Source: Octopus sinensis
Taxonomy: Eukaryota
Reading direction: 5' to 3'
Assembly: GCF_006345805.1 (NCBI RefSeq)
Contig: NC_043010.1
Coordinates: 43,400,001-43,464,000 of the forward strand
DNA: 64,000 nt
Positions 13,179 to 25,641 of the stretch are shown here, piece by piece; positions within the stretch are counted from its first letter, which is position 1, and each line of letters starts with the position of its first letter. Position numbers and translations under genes: made by a program. A model generated the notes under the pieces. The model ran no database searches. It saw nothing but the letters and a program-made list of their open reading frames with translations, and had not been told where the DNA came from.

Positions 13179-14563
13179 GTCATCCCATAAATAATACAGT
13201 TTTTTTCAATTGCATGAACTAAAATTGGGGGGGGGCAGATAGACTACCTACATCAACTTGCTACAAAAGCAGGTAGTAATTTTACCTTTTCTTTATTCTT
13301 AGTGCAAGTTTTGAAGAGTGCAGTTTGATTTTAACAGTTATTTTTTCAAAGCTATAATGGAAGTGACAAAGGAGCATATTCGGCATATTCGGAAAGTGCG
13401 AGGAATATTAATGCAGTATATGGAGATCGAACAATAAGCATAAGCCAGTTTCAACGGTGGTTCCAGAAATTCCGAGCCGGAAACTACAGCCTAGAAGTCG
13501 AGCCTCGTCTTGAAAGATCTGTAGAGCTCGTCGAAGACGTCCTGCAAACCCTGGTAGGGAAAAAATTCCATCATAACTGTTGAGGAACTAGCATAGAAGT
13601 TTGGATCTGGTCATTCAATCATTCATTGACACCTGCATGCCATCAGAAAAGTCAGCAAATTGGGTCATTGGGTCCGACACAAACTTTCCGACTCTAATTG
13701 CGCGCAGAGAGGGAACGTCTGCTCTTTTTTGCTGTCACGTCTCACGAATGAACCTTTTTCGAAGGTGACTGGTGACGAGAAATAGGTTTTCTATAAAAAT
13801 GTCAAATGCCAAAGCCAGTGGGTAGGGAAAGAAGAAACACCAGCACCCAAGGCTAAAGAACGTCTTCACCCACGTAAGGTGTTGTTATCCGTTTGATGGG
13901 ATATAAAAGGTTTAGTCCACTTTGAACTTTTAAACCCAAACCAAACGATAACAAAGAAGCTCTACTGCGAACACCTTGAGCGGTTAGAAGAGAAACGACC
14001 ATCTTTGGTTTCAAAACGAAAGGTGTTCTTCCATCAGGATAATGCACGACCACATACAGCGAGTATGGCATGCTAAATGTTGGAGCAGTTTGAATGGGAA
14101 ACGATGCCCCACCTACCATATTCACCGGACATTGCCCCATATGACTATCATTCATTCCGTAGTCTTCAAAATCATTTGGACGAAAAACATATGAATTCTG
14201 TAGACGAGGTCAGAACAGTACTGGGGGAGTATTTTTCGTCACGGTCAAGTGAATTTTGGAAGAGGGGCCTTGCAAGTCTACCAGATAGATGGAAGAGCAT
14301 TGTAGAAAATGAAGGAGAGTATAGAGAAAACAATTTCTTTTAAATTTCATGGAGAGATATACAGTAACAGTACCGAATAGCAAAGTTTATATGCTAACAG
14401 AATGGGGCAGTCCTATAAAGGACGATGTTACTGTTAGTAACATCGTCCTTTATGGGACTGTCACATTCTGAAGGAGAGTATATTTTAGTATAAAAAAAGA
14501 ACTTTATTTATCTTAATTTTAAAAAATAAGAAGTATAAAAAAAACTGCATTAATTATAGGATG
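13179..14563 (+). mobile_element. Mariner (DD34D) DNA transposon fossil; transposase pseudogene ~13357-14490
   Basis: TGDEK, FHQDNARPH, HLPYSPDIAPYDYHSFRSLQ and W(V)RH-type motifs with stops and frameshifts; imperfect TIRs at 13179-13206 and ~14540-14563. Confidence 0.92.
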
Positions 14564-14747
14564 CAAGCGTGGGTGTGTTGTAAGAAGCTTGCTTTCCAAC
14601 CACATTGTTCCGGGTTCATCCCACTGCGTGACACCTTTGGGTGTCTTCTACAATAGCTTCGGGCCAATCAAAGCCTTGTGAGTGGATTTGGTAGGCGGAA
14701 ACTGAAAGAAGCCCGTCATATATATATATATATATATATAATATATA

Positions 14748-14793
<46 letters not shown>

Positions 14794-15240
14794 TATCAAA
14801 ATAAAAACATGATGCAAAGGATTTAGCGGTACATATGTTTCTGGCTTTTATTAGACGGTTTATATCAATGCATAATTGATGTAATTTGTATGTCAAAAGC
14901 CAGAAACATATGTACCGCTAAATCCTTTGCATCATGTTTTTATTTTGATAAATATACTCTATCACCTACACCACTAAATGGCATATACAGGTGCTTACAA
15001 TTATCAAGTATTCACCCTGAATTTTATATATATATATATTATATATATATACATACAGACATATGTTTGTGTGTCTGTGTTTGTCCCCCCATCATCGCTT
15101 GACAACCCATGTTGGTGTGTTTACGTCCCTGAAACTTAGCGGTTCGGCAAAAGAGACCGATAAATTAAGTACTAGGCTTACGATCAATAAGTCCTGGGGT
15201 TAGATTTCTTCGACTAAAGGCGGTGCTCCAGCATGACCGC
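14564..15240 (+). mobile_element. SINE family A split by an insertion in its (TA)n core
   Basis: Head 14564-14720, tail ~15060-15240; non-SINE insert 14790-15025 between TA tracts. Confidence 0.82.
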
Positions 15241-15277
15241 AATTCATGATCGAACGCCACGCATCCTTTTCCAAGTG

Positions 15278-15317
<40 letters not shown>

Positions 15318-15508
15318 TGCAAAGACATATCACGCCACTTATGCATATAAACATTTGAGTTTATCGTTTTAAAGTAATCTTAACACTAACAATATTGTAT
15401 TTATTGATGGCGAGACTCAACACTAAAAGTAGAATCAAACTTATAAAATTCGCTTTGATTGGGGCACCTTTAGCTTGTTGAACCCCCTCTCTTTCTCTCT
15501 CTCTCTCT

Positions 15509-15546
<38 letters not shown>

Positions 15547-15569
15547 ACACACACAGAGTTTAATTAGAA

Positions 15570-16177
15570 GATGTGTTAGAATGCGTTGCCAAATGCGAAA
15601 ATCTATGTCACTTTATGGCCACCAGGAGAATTTTGTTTCCAATTACAAAAGTAGATGGATTAATTCCATAAAAATAGTAATCAAAATAATTAGCGAGAAA
15701 CTTTTAAGCAAAGTTCACAGTAATAACAGAAAGCTGACAAGCCACCAGCAATGGGAAAAAAACAGGAGAGTAATTAGCTTATTAAATATATATAATATAT
15801 ATATAATAAATACGACTCCAAGTTTACCCAATACGATAATGTCAAATGTTATCTGTTTATCTCAGCTTACACTCACTAATGTCCGAGATTTCACTAGAGT
15901 TTATAACATTATAGATAATAATAGCATAGATATTATTATGCACGCTAGAAAGACTTTGCTCTTCGATATAGATTCTGCTTGGGTTTTAAAAAATCAAACC
16001 CCACATAGGCGTAGGAGTGGCTGTGTGGTAAGTAGCTTGCTAACCAGCCACATGATTCCGGGTTCAGTCCCACTGCGTGGCATCTTGGGCAAGTGTCTTC
16101 TGCTATAGCCTCGGGCCGTCCAAAGCCTTGTGAGTGGATTTGGTAGACGGAAACTGAAAGAAGCCTGTCGTATAATG

Positions 16178-16242
<65 letters not shown>

Positions 16243-17560
16243 ATATGTTTGTGTGTCTGTGTTTGTCTTCCCAACATCGCTTGACAACCGATGCTGGTGT
16301 GTTTACGTCCCCGTCACTTAGCGGTTCGGCAAAGGAGATCGATAGAATAAGTACTGGGCTTACAAAGAATAAGTCCCGGGGTCGATTTGCTCGACTAAAG
16401 GCGGTGCTCCAGCATGGCCGCAGTCAAATGACTGAAACAAGTAAAAGAGTATATTCCTTCAACGTTAATATGATGTAGTTTGACAGTGAGAAGCTATGTA
16501 ATCTTGTTCACTTTCATAGCCGAGGTGTACTCAGCAACAACAAATTTACCACAATAAATGTCAGATTGACAGTATCTCAGTATGCAAATCCATATATTTT
16601 GTATCTCAATATGTAAATAGATATATCAAATACTTTTTGAAAAAACCTCGTTAATACTTTCAAAAATCTCGGCTTGAAAGTAACTATCACTACTAACTTT
16701 AGTATTACTAACTTTCAAGGTGTTACCTTTCAGTTAATCAGAGACAAACTCCAGCCTTATGGTAAACTGAGTGAAAAATATTTGTTTGCAGAGACTGCTG
16801 CTATCTAACAATAATTTCAAAAACCCGATTAATAATATTCTTAGAAGGGTTTCCAAACTGTCATCAAACATATTAATCTTAAATATAGTAACTTCTTATA
16901 ACATAAAATAATCCATTAGCCACTTGATTGCTCCGTCATCTAATATTAAGAAGAGATGCGAAATATCTGGTTTATATCTCCTTGCCCTATAAGATAACCT
17001 TTCCCCAATCAAACACCGATATAATAAAGTATTTAATATAAAAAGTTTACAACTATGTCACAGCAGTATCACTCAATATGAAAAACATATAAACCCACTA
17101 AATTAATTGTGGTTAACTGCACGTGTAGTAAATTAAAATCTAACTCTCCTTAATCGGATATACAATACTGAAGCGATTATGTATGAAGCAAAAGTTACTT
17201 CCAATTAAACAGAGTTTAATATAGCGCGTAAAAAACTATACAGACATGGTGAAAATTAAATGTAAGTGACCGTGCTTCTTTCTCCTGATGTACAGAAAAG
17301 AGAATATAATACCACTATTCAATTACATAAGGAACTTCAAAGAATATAACACTGATTTTGACACCGTATATAAAGGGAACAAAATAATGCTATGAAGAAC
17401 CTATTACTGAAAAATATTAACAATTCTACAAAATTATCTAAGTTCAAGAGCCGAAACAATTTTGATGACATTCTACAATATTGGAAGAATATACTATCAG
17501 AAGAGTTAGATGTTCCAACAGTGAACAATATCTTATCCCTCTCACCCATTATTAATTTTA
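15570..17560 (+). mobile_element. Highly decayed Penelope-like element (RT plus GIY-YIG region), interrupted by a SINE
   Basis: IDIIMHARKTLLF, FNVNMM*FDSEKLCNLV, NTFKNLGLKVTITTNF, NCTCS...EAIMYEAKVTS and NSTKLSK occur in the expected PLE order. Confidence 0.7.
16008..16449 (+). mobile_element. SINE family A, full length, inserted in the PLE
   Basis: Head GGCGTAGGAGTGGCTGTGTGG...GGTTCAGTCCC, (TA)n core, tail GACTGAAACAAGTAAAAGAG. Confidence 0.92.
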
Positions 17561-17881
17561 TAACGACTAATGCACGCACGAATATGGTTTCAGTCCTCTG
17601 TGTTCTAGTTCAAATCCAGCCGAGTCTAATTATGCCTGTATTGCTTTTAGGATCGGTAACAAAGTATTAAAGTGTTTTTGCAACCTTTACTCCAGCGGTT
17701 ACATCCTGGGTGAGATGTTGGAGTGAGAGTAGAATGTAGATACACTCAGTTGTGTGTGGGAGCATTGTGTATACGTCATACTCGATTGTACACATACAAA
17801 CATATATGCATGCATACATATACACAAACATATATAATATATATATATATATTATATACTATATATATATTATATATATAT

Positions 17882-17981
<100 letters not shown>

Positions 17982-17989
17982 TATATTAT

Positions 17990-18031
<42 letters not shown>

Positions 18032-18032
18032 T

Positions 18033-18249
18033 GGAGGCGCAATGGCCTAGTGGTTAGGGCAGCGGACTTGCGGTCGGAGGATCGCGGTTTCGATTCCCAG
18101 ACCGGGCGTTGTGTGTGTTTATTGAGCGAAAAAAACACCTAAAAGCTCCACGAGGCTCCGGCAGGAGGTGGTGATCCCTGCTATACTCTTTCACCACTCT
18201 AAAGGCGGTGCTCCAGCATGGCCGCAGTCAAATGACTGAAACAAGTACA

Positions 18250-18255
<6 letters not shown>
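18033..18255 (+). mobile_element. Chimeric SINE: family B head fused to family A tail
   Basis: 18033-18199 matches the 25642 copy; from ~18200 (AAAGGCGGTGCTCCAGCATGG) it matches the tail of the 16008 copy. Confidence 0.8.
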
Positions 18256-18290
<35 letters not shown>

Positions 18291-18308
18291 TAGATAGATA
18301 GATAGATG

Positions 18309-18582
18309 GGATTGAATGGTGCTGCCCAGGTGTGGAAACCATAGTGATATTCGTGGGGCAGCTGATGATGGAGGTATGTTGGAGTGTTAGTATGACCTTT
18401 ATTGTATGTGCGGAATAATATTATAACACATCCATTTGATATATGTATATATCAAATGGGTGTCTTATAAAACTATTCCGTACATACAATAACGGCCATA
18501 CCAACAATCCAACACACCTCCATCATCAGCTGCCCCACGGATATCACTGTGGTTTCGACACCTGGGCGGTACCATTCAGTCC
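18309..18582. repeat. 274-bp imperfect palindrome
   Basis: Arms of ~136 bp read as reverse complements around the centre TTTGATATAT-gt-ATATATCAAA (~18445). Confidence 0.9.
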
Positions 18583-18835
18583 AGCGATGTCAATACCACT
18601 AAAATAAGTGTTGTTTGGGAACAAACATACCATATATATTACTACATTCATTCCATCTTAATTCTAAGGAAGATTAAGCATTAACATTATCAATTAAGCT
18701 ACAACAAAGAAACACATTTACTCTATATACAAAAACAGTATCGGTAAATAAATTCACTAGTAAACCTATAAACTAACTCCTAAGTTATCTAACTAAATAG
18801 CAGCCTAGCCCTCCCACAGAAAGCTTTTATATTCT

Positions 18836-19145
18836 ATGTATGTATGTATGTATGTATGTATGTATGTATGTTGTATGTATGTATGTATGTATGTATGTAT
18901 GTATGTATGTATGTATGTATGTATGGATGTATGTATGTTATGTATGTATGTATGTATGTATGTTGTATGTATGTATGTATGTAGTATGTATGTATGTATG
19001 TATGTATGTATGTATGTATGTAGGTCTGTATGTATGTAGAGTATGTATGTATGTATGTATGTATGTATGTATGTATGTATGTATGTATGTATGTATGGAT
19101 GTGCAGCATTGTATGTATGTATGTATGTGTGGTGTGTGTGTGTGT

Positions 19146-19184
<39 letters not shown>
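18836..19184. repeat. (TATG)n/(TG)n microsatellite
   Basis: Directly visible. Confidence 0.97.
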
Positions 19185-19187
<3 letters not shown>

Positions 19188-19731
19188 GTGACTGAGTGAC
19201 GGTCGGTGTTAAAAATTCCGTCACTGTATGAGTTTCCGTGATTTACCATAAATATAAACTTACTCAGAAATATAATTAGTTGGAAACAGATTTTTACTGT
19301 ACTATATTTTTAAATATTGTAGCATTTTTCTGAGAAAGCACTGTGCGGCCCAGAGCTTGTCGAATCGAGATTTGTATTAAGTGGATATTACTTTCTCTCT
19401 GGCACACTACACCCACCTTAAGTAACCTCTTAATCCGTCTATTATTCGAATTCATTCACCCTGTTTCCGCCTTAATTTGTTGTATCAATATTCAACCTGT
19501 TTCATGAAATTTACTCTTATTTGCGTTATACTTCTAACAAACACAAAGTTTCCGTGGAGTACAGTTGTATCTATAAATTAGTTCATTATCTGAAACTGGT
19601 TTTCTGTATAAGTCTTTTTGTATACCAAAATATCATCTGACGGGAATTTCTTTTAGATCGAATAATATCCGCCTCAAAATACATATATCAAGTCAGGTCG
19701 AGGTAGCCTATAGTTTGTACATTTATTTTTG

Positions 19732-20170
19732 GGATCTTTTCGGTTTGACCGGCAGTTTTGTCTAGCGGTGTCATATGAAATTGTGACCTAGTATCTATCT
19801 ATTGCATTTCAATCTGTTTTAGGGTTAGGGTCAGAGTTAGGGCTAGTTAGGGTTAGTTAGGGTTAGGGTTAGGGTTGGGGTTAGGGTATCTTTTTTCTTC
19901 AGAAATGTAAATAAACCCAATCTGTTTCTTAAACGAGGGACATATTCATACGGCACAGAATGTTTTCACCTCAATAGACGTCATTGATTGGTTGAAATTG
20001 CAGAAATTCAAGAAAAAAAACAATAAATATCTTACAAATTTTAGAATTTTCTCAATAAAGCCAAGAGAAAAAGATGTTTTATAGACACATTCTACCAGTA
20101 TACGAAGTTTAAAAGTGTTTAGTTACGTGGGAATTATTTATTAAAACTGCCGGTCAAACCTAAAAGATCC
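19732..20170 (+). mobile_element. MITE with ~28-bp TIRs, internal (TTAGGG)n and an 8-bp TSD
   Basis: TIR GGATCTTTTCGGTTTGACCGGCAGTTTT / AAAACTGCCGGTCAAACCTAAAAGATCC; TSD TATTTTTG (19724-19731, 20171-20178). Confidence 0.92.
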
Positions 20171-20610
20171 TATTTTTGTGTAATACTTAATCTAGAGTGA
20201 ACTAATTTTGACACTATAGTGCAGTCACAGTGTGAAAATAACCATCACGCGCAATTAATCTCAATCTCCAGTTTTCTTTATTCCAAGGGTCAAGTAACCT
20301 TTTGATTTACAGTGTAAATTATGATGTAAACTGTAAGTTATGGTGTAAACTTTTCACCATAATTTCAAGTAAAAGTAACAATCTAAGGCAGAAGCATGTG
20401 CTTCGGTGAGGAGAGTGTTTATAAACTCTCGTATGATGGATGTTAAACAGTTTCAGACATACGCTATGCATTTTCTTTGAAATATAACGAGGATGAAATA
20501 AGCATATGCAAAAGATACAAATTTTGAGAAGGCAATGACGAAGTGGTGTATCCATTAATAATCCTCTGGTAACAGAGTACTCCTACCAAGCTAGCTAGAT
20601 ATCTTTTCGA

Positions 20611-21055
20611 GGATCTTTTTGGTTTGAACGGCAGTTTTTTAAATAATTTCCACGTAACTAAGCACTTTTAAACTTCGTATACTGGTAGAATGTGTTTATA
20701 AAAGATCTTTTTCTCTTGGCTTTATTGAGAAAATTCTATAGTTTGTAAGATATTTGTTGTTTTTTTTCTTCATTTTCTGCAATTTCAACCAATCAAATAC
20801 GTCTATTGAGTTAAAAAGCATTCTGTGCCGTATGTCCCTCGTTTAAGAAACAGATTGGGTTTATTTACATTTCTGAAGAAAAAAAGAAACCCTTCTCCCC
20901 ACCCCTAACCCTAACCCTAACCCTAACTAACCCTAACTCTAACCCTAACCCTAAAACAGATTGAAATGCAATAGATCGATACTAGGGTCATAATTATGGG
21001 TGACAATTTCATATGACACCGCTAGAAAAAACTGCCGTTCAAACCGAAAAGATCC
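20611..21055 (-). mobile_element. Second copy of the telomeric-repeat MITE, inverted
   Basis: Same TIRs; (CCCTAA)n at 20903-20954; TSD CTTTTCGA (20603-20610, 21056-21063). Confidence 0.92.
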
Positions 21056-21076
21056 CTTTTCGACCTACCTGCTTTC

Positions 21077-21452
21077 GTCATTAGACTGCGCGCATGCTTG
21101 GGCGCCGCCTTTAAGAATTTTAGTCGAACGAATCGACTCTAGTTTTATTAGGTTTTTTTAAGCCTGGTACTCTTTAGCCGGACCACTAAGTATCGAGAAC
21201 ATAAACGCACCAACACCAGTTGTCAACCGGTGGTTGTGGTGGTGGTGGTGGTGGTGGGGGGGGACAAACAGACACAAACGCGCGCATACGCACACACATA
21301 CTTCTTTCAGTTTCCGTCTACCAAATCCACTTACAAGGCTTTATTAGACCCGTGGCTATAGCAGAAGACACTTGCCCAACGTGTCACGCAGGGGGACTGA
21401 ACTCGGAACCATGTGGTTGAGATGTAAGCTTCTTACTGCATAGCCTCGCCTA
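21077..21452 (-). mobile_element. Older SINE family A copy
   Basis: Diverged homology to the 10774-11218 copy. Confidence 0.75.
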
Positions 21453-21575
21453 TAGACGTTAGAAATTTTGAAGCTGGTGATCAACGATTAGGACCATTTA
21501 GATATGGCCATTGTTTGAGAAATAAAATTACCAATGAGGAAGTTAGCAATACACATACACACGTACACACACACA

Positions 21576-21620
<45 letters not shown>

Positions 21621-22304
21621 CACACACACACACACGCACGCACGCACGCACACACACACACAAATCAAGGATTTTGTTTTGGCGGTCACAGTCCCGGAAT
21701 ACGCATGGTTTTAAGAATGGAAACTCCATGCATGTTTATAGATAAAGAAAAGTTTCTCGGCATTGTGTTGAGGATTGTAGACGGTAGATGGTAGATAGTT
21801 TGCACCTTTTAAAGTTAATGGGGTGAAAAGGTGAGCACGGCCACGAGTGTAGGAACTACATAATCATCATTCCAAGAAAACATGCTTCAACAAACATTTC
21901 TTTCATGACTGTCTTCTTGAATTGCAATTTTGACTGGCGTAAATGCATAGATATCTTTAAACTTTATGCTGACGAACTGAAGGAAACAACTCACCTGCTC
22001 ACTCAGATAGTCTGGTTATTCTCGCTAAACCTGCTGAAACAACCATGGGTCTAGGAACAGGGGGTGCAGTGGGGTGCGCTTGTACCTACTAAAATTTTAG
22101 TGGAGTACCCCTACTTACTTTTTTCAGGTTTAGAAAACAGTGAGTAAAAAGTGATCTGTAAAAGGTACCTTGAATTAGGTTTCTTCTGTAAGAATAAAGT
22201 ACATGAATAAATAAATTAACATATCCTTATTTGCAAATATTTTTGGAGCTGGGTTTGCACCCACTAAGCAGATTTCTTTCCCGAACCAGTGGAAACAACT
22301 CTCT

Positions 22305-22530
22305 CTCTCTTTACTTTTTTACTTGTTTCAGTCATTTGACTGTGGCCATGCTGGAGCACCGCCTTTAGTCGAGTAAATCGACCCCAGGACTTATTCTTTG
22401 TAAGCCTAGTACTTATTCTATCGGTCTCTTTTGCTGAACCGCTAAGTGACGGGGACGTAAACACACCAGCATCGGTTGTCAAGCGATGTTGGGAGGACAA
22501 ACACAGACATACAAGCATATACACACACAT
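22305..22530 (-). mobile_element. SINE family A 3' half
   Basis: Near-identical to the reverse complement of 16255-16449. Confidence 0.85.
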
Positions 22531-22767
22531 ACATACGTGGATCTAAATATGTGTCTGTATGCATATTATGGAGAACTGGAGAGCTTACAGTAGCTTTTAG
22601 AGACCTGAATTTACTAAAGTTTGATATTCGTCCTATTCAGAGTTAACTTGACTATTTTGTTTACTTATGCTTCACTCCCGCAGCTAGATGTGAGAAAAAG
22701 GTTCACACGACCCACCTCCAGACCGATACAAATATAATTTTTAAAAATTAAAAAATTTTGCGCCATT

Positions 22768-23004
22768 TTAAAGCCTAGCCAGACTCATGGGCCCGGTTTC
22801 CCGGTTTCAATGCCGTATGTGTTCCCCAACTGGACGGGACGCCAGTCCATCGCAGTGTTGCTCCTTTTTGCTAGCTGAGTGGACTGGAGCAACGTGAAAT
22901 GAAGTGTTTTGCTCAAGAACACAACGCGTCGCTCGGTCCAGGAATCGAAACCACAATCTTACGATCATGATGCTGACACCCTAACTAATAGGCCACGCGC
23001 CTCA
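22768..23004 (-). mobile_element. tRNA-derived SINE family D
   Basis: Reverse complement has a tRNA-like head, TTGAGCAAAACACTT and CACTCAGCTAG; tail GGGACGCC.GTCCATCGCAG is shared with the 57109 and 51696 copies. Confidence 0.78.
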
Positions 23005-23917
23005 CTGATTTCAAATTTTTGGCACAGGGACAGCAATTTAGGGGAAGCGGGTAAGTCGGTTACACCAACCACAATGCTTAACTGGTACATATTTTTATCG
23101 ACCCCCGAAAGGACGAAAGGCAAAATCGACCGTGGGGGAGTTACTGAGATAAGACCTTCATTATTTTCTAACCAAATGATTTTTCTGAAATTTTTCGAAA
23201 TAGCTAATTGCGTACTATTTGGACATTTATGCTTATATTGTTACAACACTCCTACAATCTCAACACCGTTTTAGCGCTTCTCTGATTGCGATTGTGCTTT
23301 TCGTCTGTTTTATTCGTTACTAAATTTTCCACATGTTTTATCATTCCGGTCACTCACCTTCTGTTAGTAATCTTTTTTCACCCGATTACCCTTTCCTCCC
23401 TATTCTACATGTAGCTATCTCTCTAAAATAGCTAGATTTATAATGTACAACATTGATTTTTTATTTAATAATTGCATTAATCACAAAGAGGAACATTGAT
23501 TTTTGCATCAGACATGCCTTTGTATCATAACTTTTTATCGTATTACGTGTGTTGTACCTGATATGTTGGGATGGATTCCAATTCACGCGAAGTCGTGATT
23601 GGTTACATTTTATCACGTGGGTGACATTCTAGCGAATCGCGACATCGGGTGTAGTGATTTGACTGCTAAATATTTCTACTGCAAAGTAAAGAAGGTAATT
23701 TGTTCATTTTACCGGCTAGCCGCCAAGACCATCGTGGCCCTGCACTGTTCCTACTAGAACATGCGATCATATCTATTAGGTTTTATTAGTGACTTCTGCC
23801 TTGTAGAAATCAGTAATAACTAAATATGCAAAAGAACTAAATATGCAAAAGTACTAGCCTCAATTCATTCGACTGAAGTGGGACTAAATCAATTGTTGCC
23901 GGATCATCAATATCATC

Positions 23918-24019
23918 AGTACCATATCAGTACTGCACAAAAATTGGAACGATACAAAGAAGATTGAATGGTCCCTGAGCAAGGATAGCACGCAAATTTG
24001 TGAAACATTCCTTATTTTT
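23918..24019 (+). pseudogene. U6: U6 snRNA pseudogene
   Basis: AAAATTGGAACGATACAAAGAAGATTGAATGGTCCCTGAGCAAGGATAGCACGCAAATTTGTGAAACATTCCTTATTTTT matches canonical U6; ACAGAGA box changed to ACAAAGA; 5' stem decayed. Confidence 0.88.
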
Positions 24020-24020
24020 C

Positions 24021-24450
24021 AAGGCGCAGGCGTGGCTGTGTGGTACTTTAGACAAGTGTCTTCTACTATAGCCCCAGGTCGACCAAAGCTTTGTGAGCGG
24101 ACTTAGTAGACGAAAACTAAAAGAAGTCCATCGTTTTTATATATGTATGTGTGTGTGCATTTTTTTCTCTCCTTGTTTTTTTTTTCTGTGTATCTTTCTG
24201 TCGAAGAGCGTAGGCTCGAAACATAAAAGACTTTTTCAATTTCTATTCCTGAGCGCTATACTAATACATTTGTTTGTTTGTACTCCACCTGCCTTCGTCT
24301 TTTGTTTATTTTCGTAAACTTTCCCGTTATACACACACACACACACACACCACACACATATATATATATATAATATATATTATATATAGATGTGCATACA
24401 TATATATATATAAATGTATATATATATACACACATACATACATATAAATT

Positions 24451-24522
<72 letters not shown>

Positions 24523-24650
24523 TATATATATCTACATATATATAACATATATATATATTATATATATATATATATATTATAATATACACACACACATTTA
24601 TATATGTATGTATGTGTGTATATATATATATACATTTATATTATATATAT

Positions 24651-24685
<35 letters not shown>

Positions 24686-24885
24686 GCATGCATGTCTTGT
24701 GCTTGTCCCCCACCACGGCTTGACAACTGGTGTTGGTGTGTTTACGTCCCCATGACATTAGTGGTTCGGCAAAAGAAAACGTTAGTATAAGTACTGGGGT
24801 CAATTCATTCGACTAAAAATTCTTCAAGGAGGTGCCCTAGAATGGCCGCAGTCTAATGATTGAAACAAGTTAAAAATAAAAGATG
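24021..24885 (+). mobile_element. Internally deleted SINE family A head, intervening sequence and TA/TG tracts, then a family A tail
   Basis: Head 24021-24140; tail ~24690-24885. Confidence 0.65.
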
Positions 24886-25517
24886 TTGAGAGAGATTTCC
24901 TTGGAATGGTGATAACGCACCGGTAGCTAGTGCACTACATCTTTCAAAACACGCTAATACGGTGACCTTATAACCATTAACTTTAAAAGGCGCCTATCTA
25001 CGTTCAGCACAACGTAGAAAATGTTTGCTAGTAAACTTGATACGAAGTACGGCGGCTGCGTTTAGAAAAGTGAAGATTGAACTCTGAACGTAAAGAGCGG
25101 GAATAAATATCCTTTTCTACATTAGGCACAAGGCCCGAAATTTTGGTACTTAATTTATTGACCCTGAAAGGATGAAAGGCAAAGTCGATCTCGGAGGAAT
25201 TTAAATCCAGCAGAAGGAATTTTATGCTTTAACAATTCTTATTAATCCACTACTGTTTAATAATAATTTCGAGACAAGGCCAACCATTTTGAGAGTGAGG
25301 TTACTCGACGTCATTGAATCCAATTACTTGACTAATAATTTATTTTTAGACCCTCAGAGATGAAAGACAAAGTTGACTTTGGCGTAATTTGAATCCACAA
25401 AGTATTGTTTTTATTATTATTTTTTTTTTAGTGATTCTGCAAGATCAACGTCTTTTATAATAATTCCTAACACAGGAAGGATTTTAGTCGATTTTATCAA
25501 CTCCGTACATACCTACT

Positions 25518-25559
<42 letters not shown>

Positions 25560-25565
25560 GTATAG

Positions 25566-25599
<34 letters not shown>

Positions 25600-25641
25600 G
25601 TGTGTGTTGTGTGTGTGTGTGTGTGTGTACAGTAGGTATGT

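Noticed and set aside
19819-19886. Telomeric repeats as a true telomere or chromosome-fusion scar
   Set aside because: The tracts are short and sit at the same position inside three TIR-bounded MITE copies
21967-21995. CTGACGA...GAAAC motif
   Set aside because: No stem II or stem III/NUH pairing; chance match
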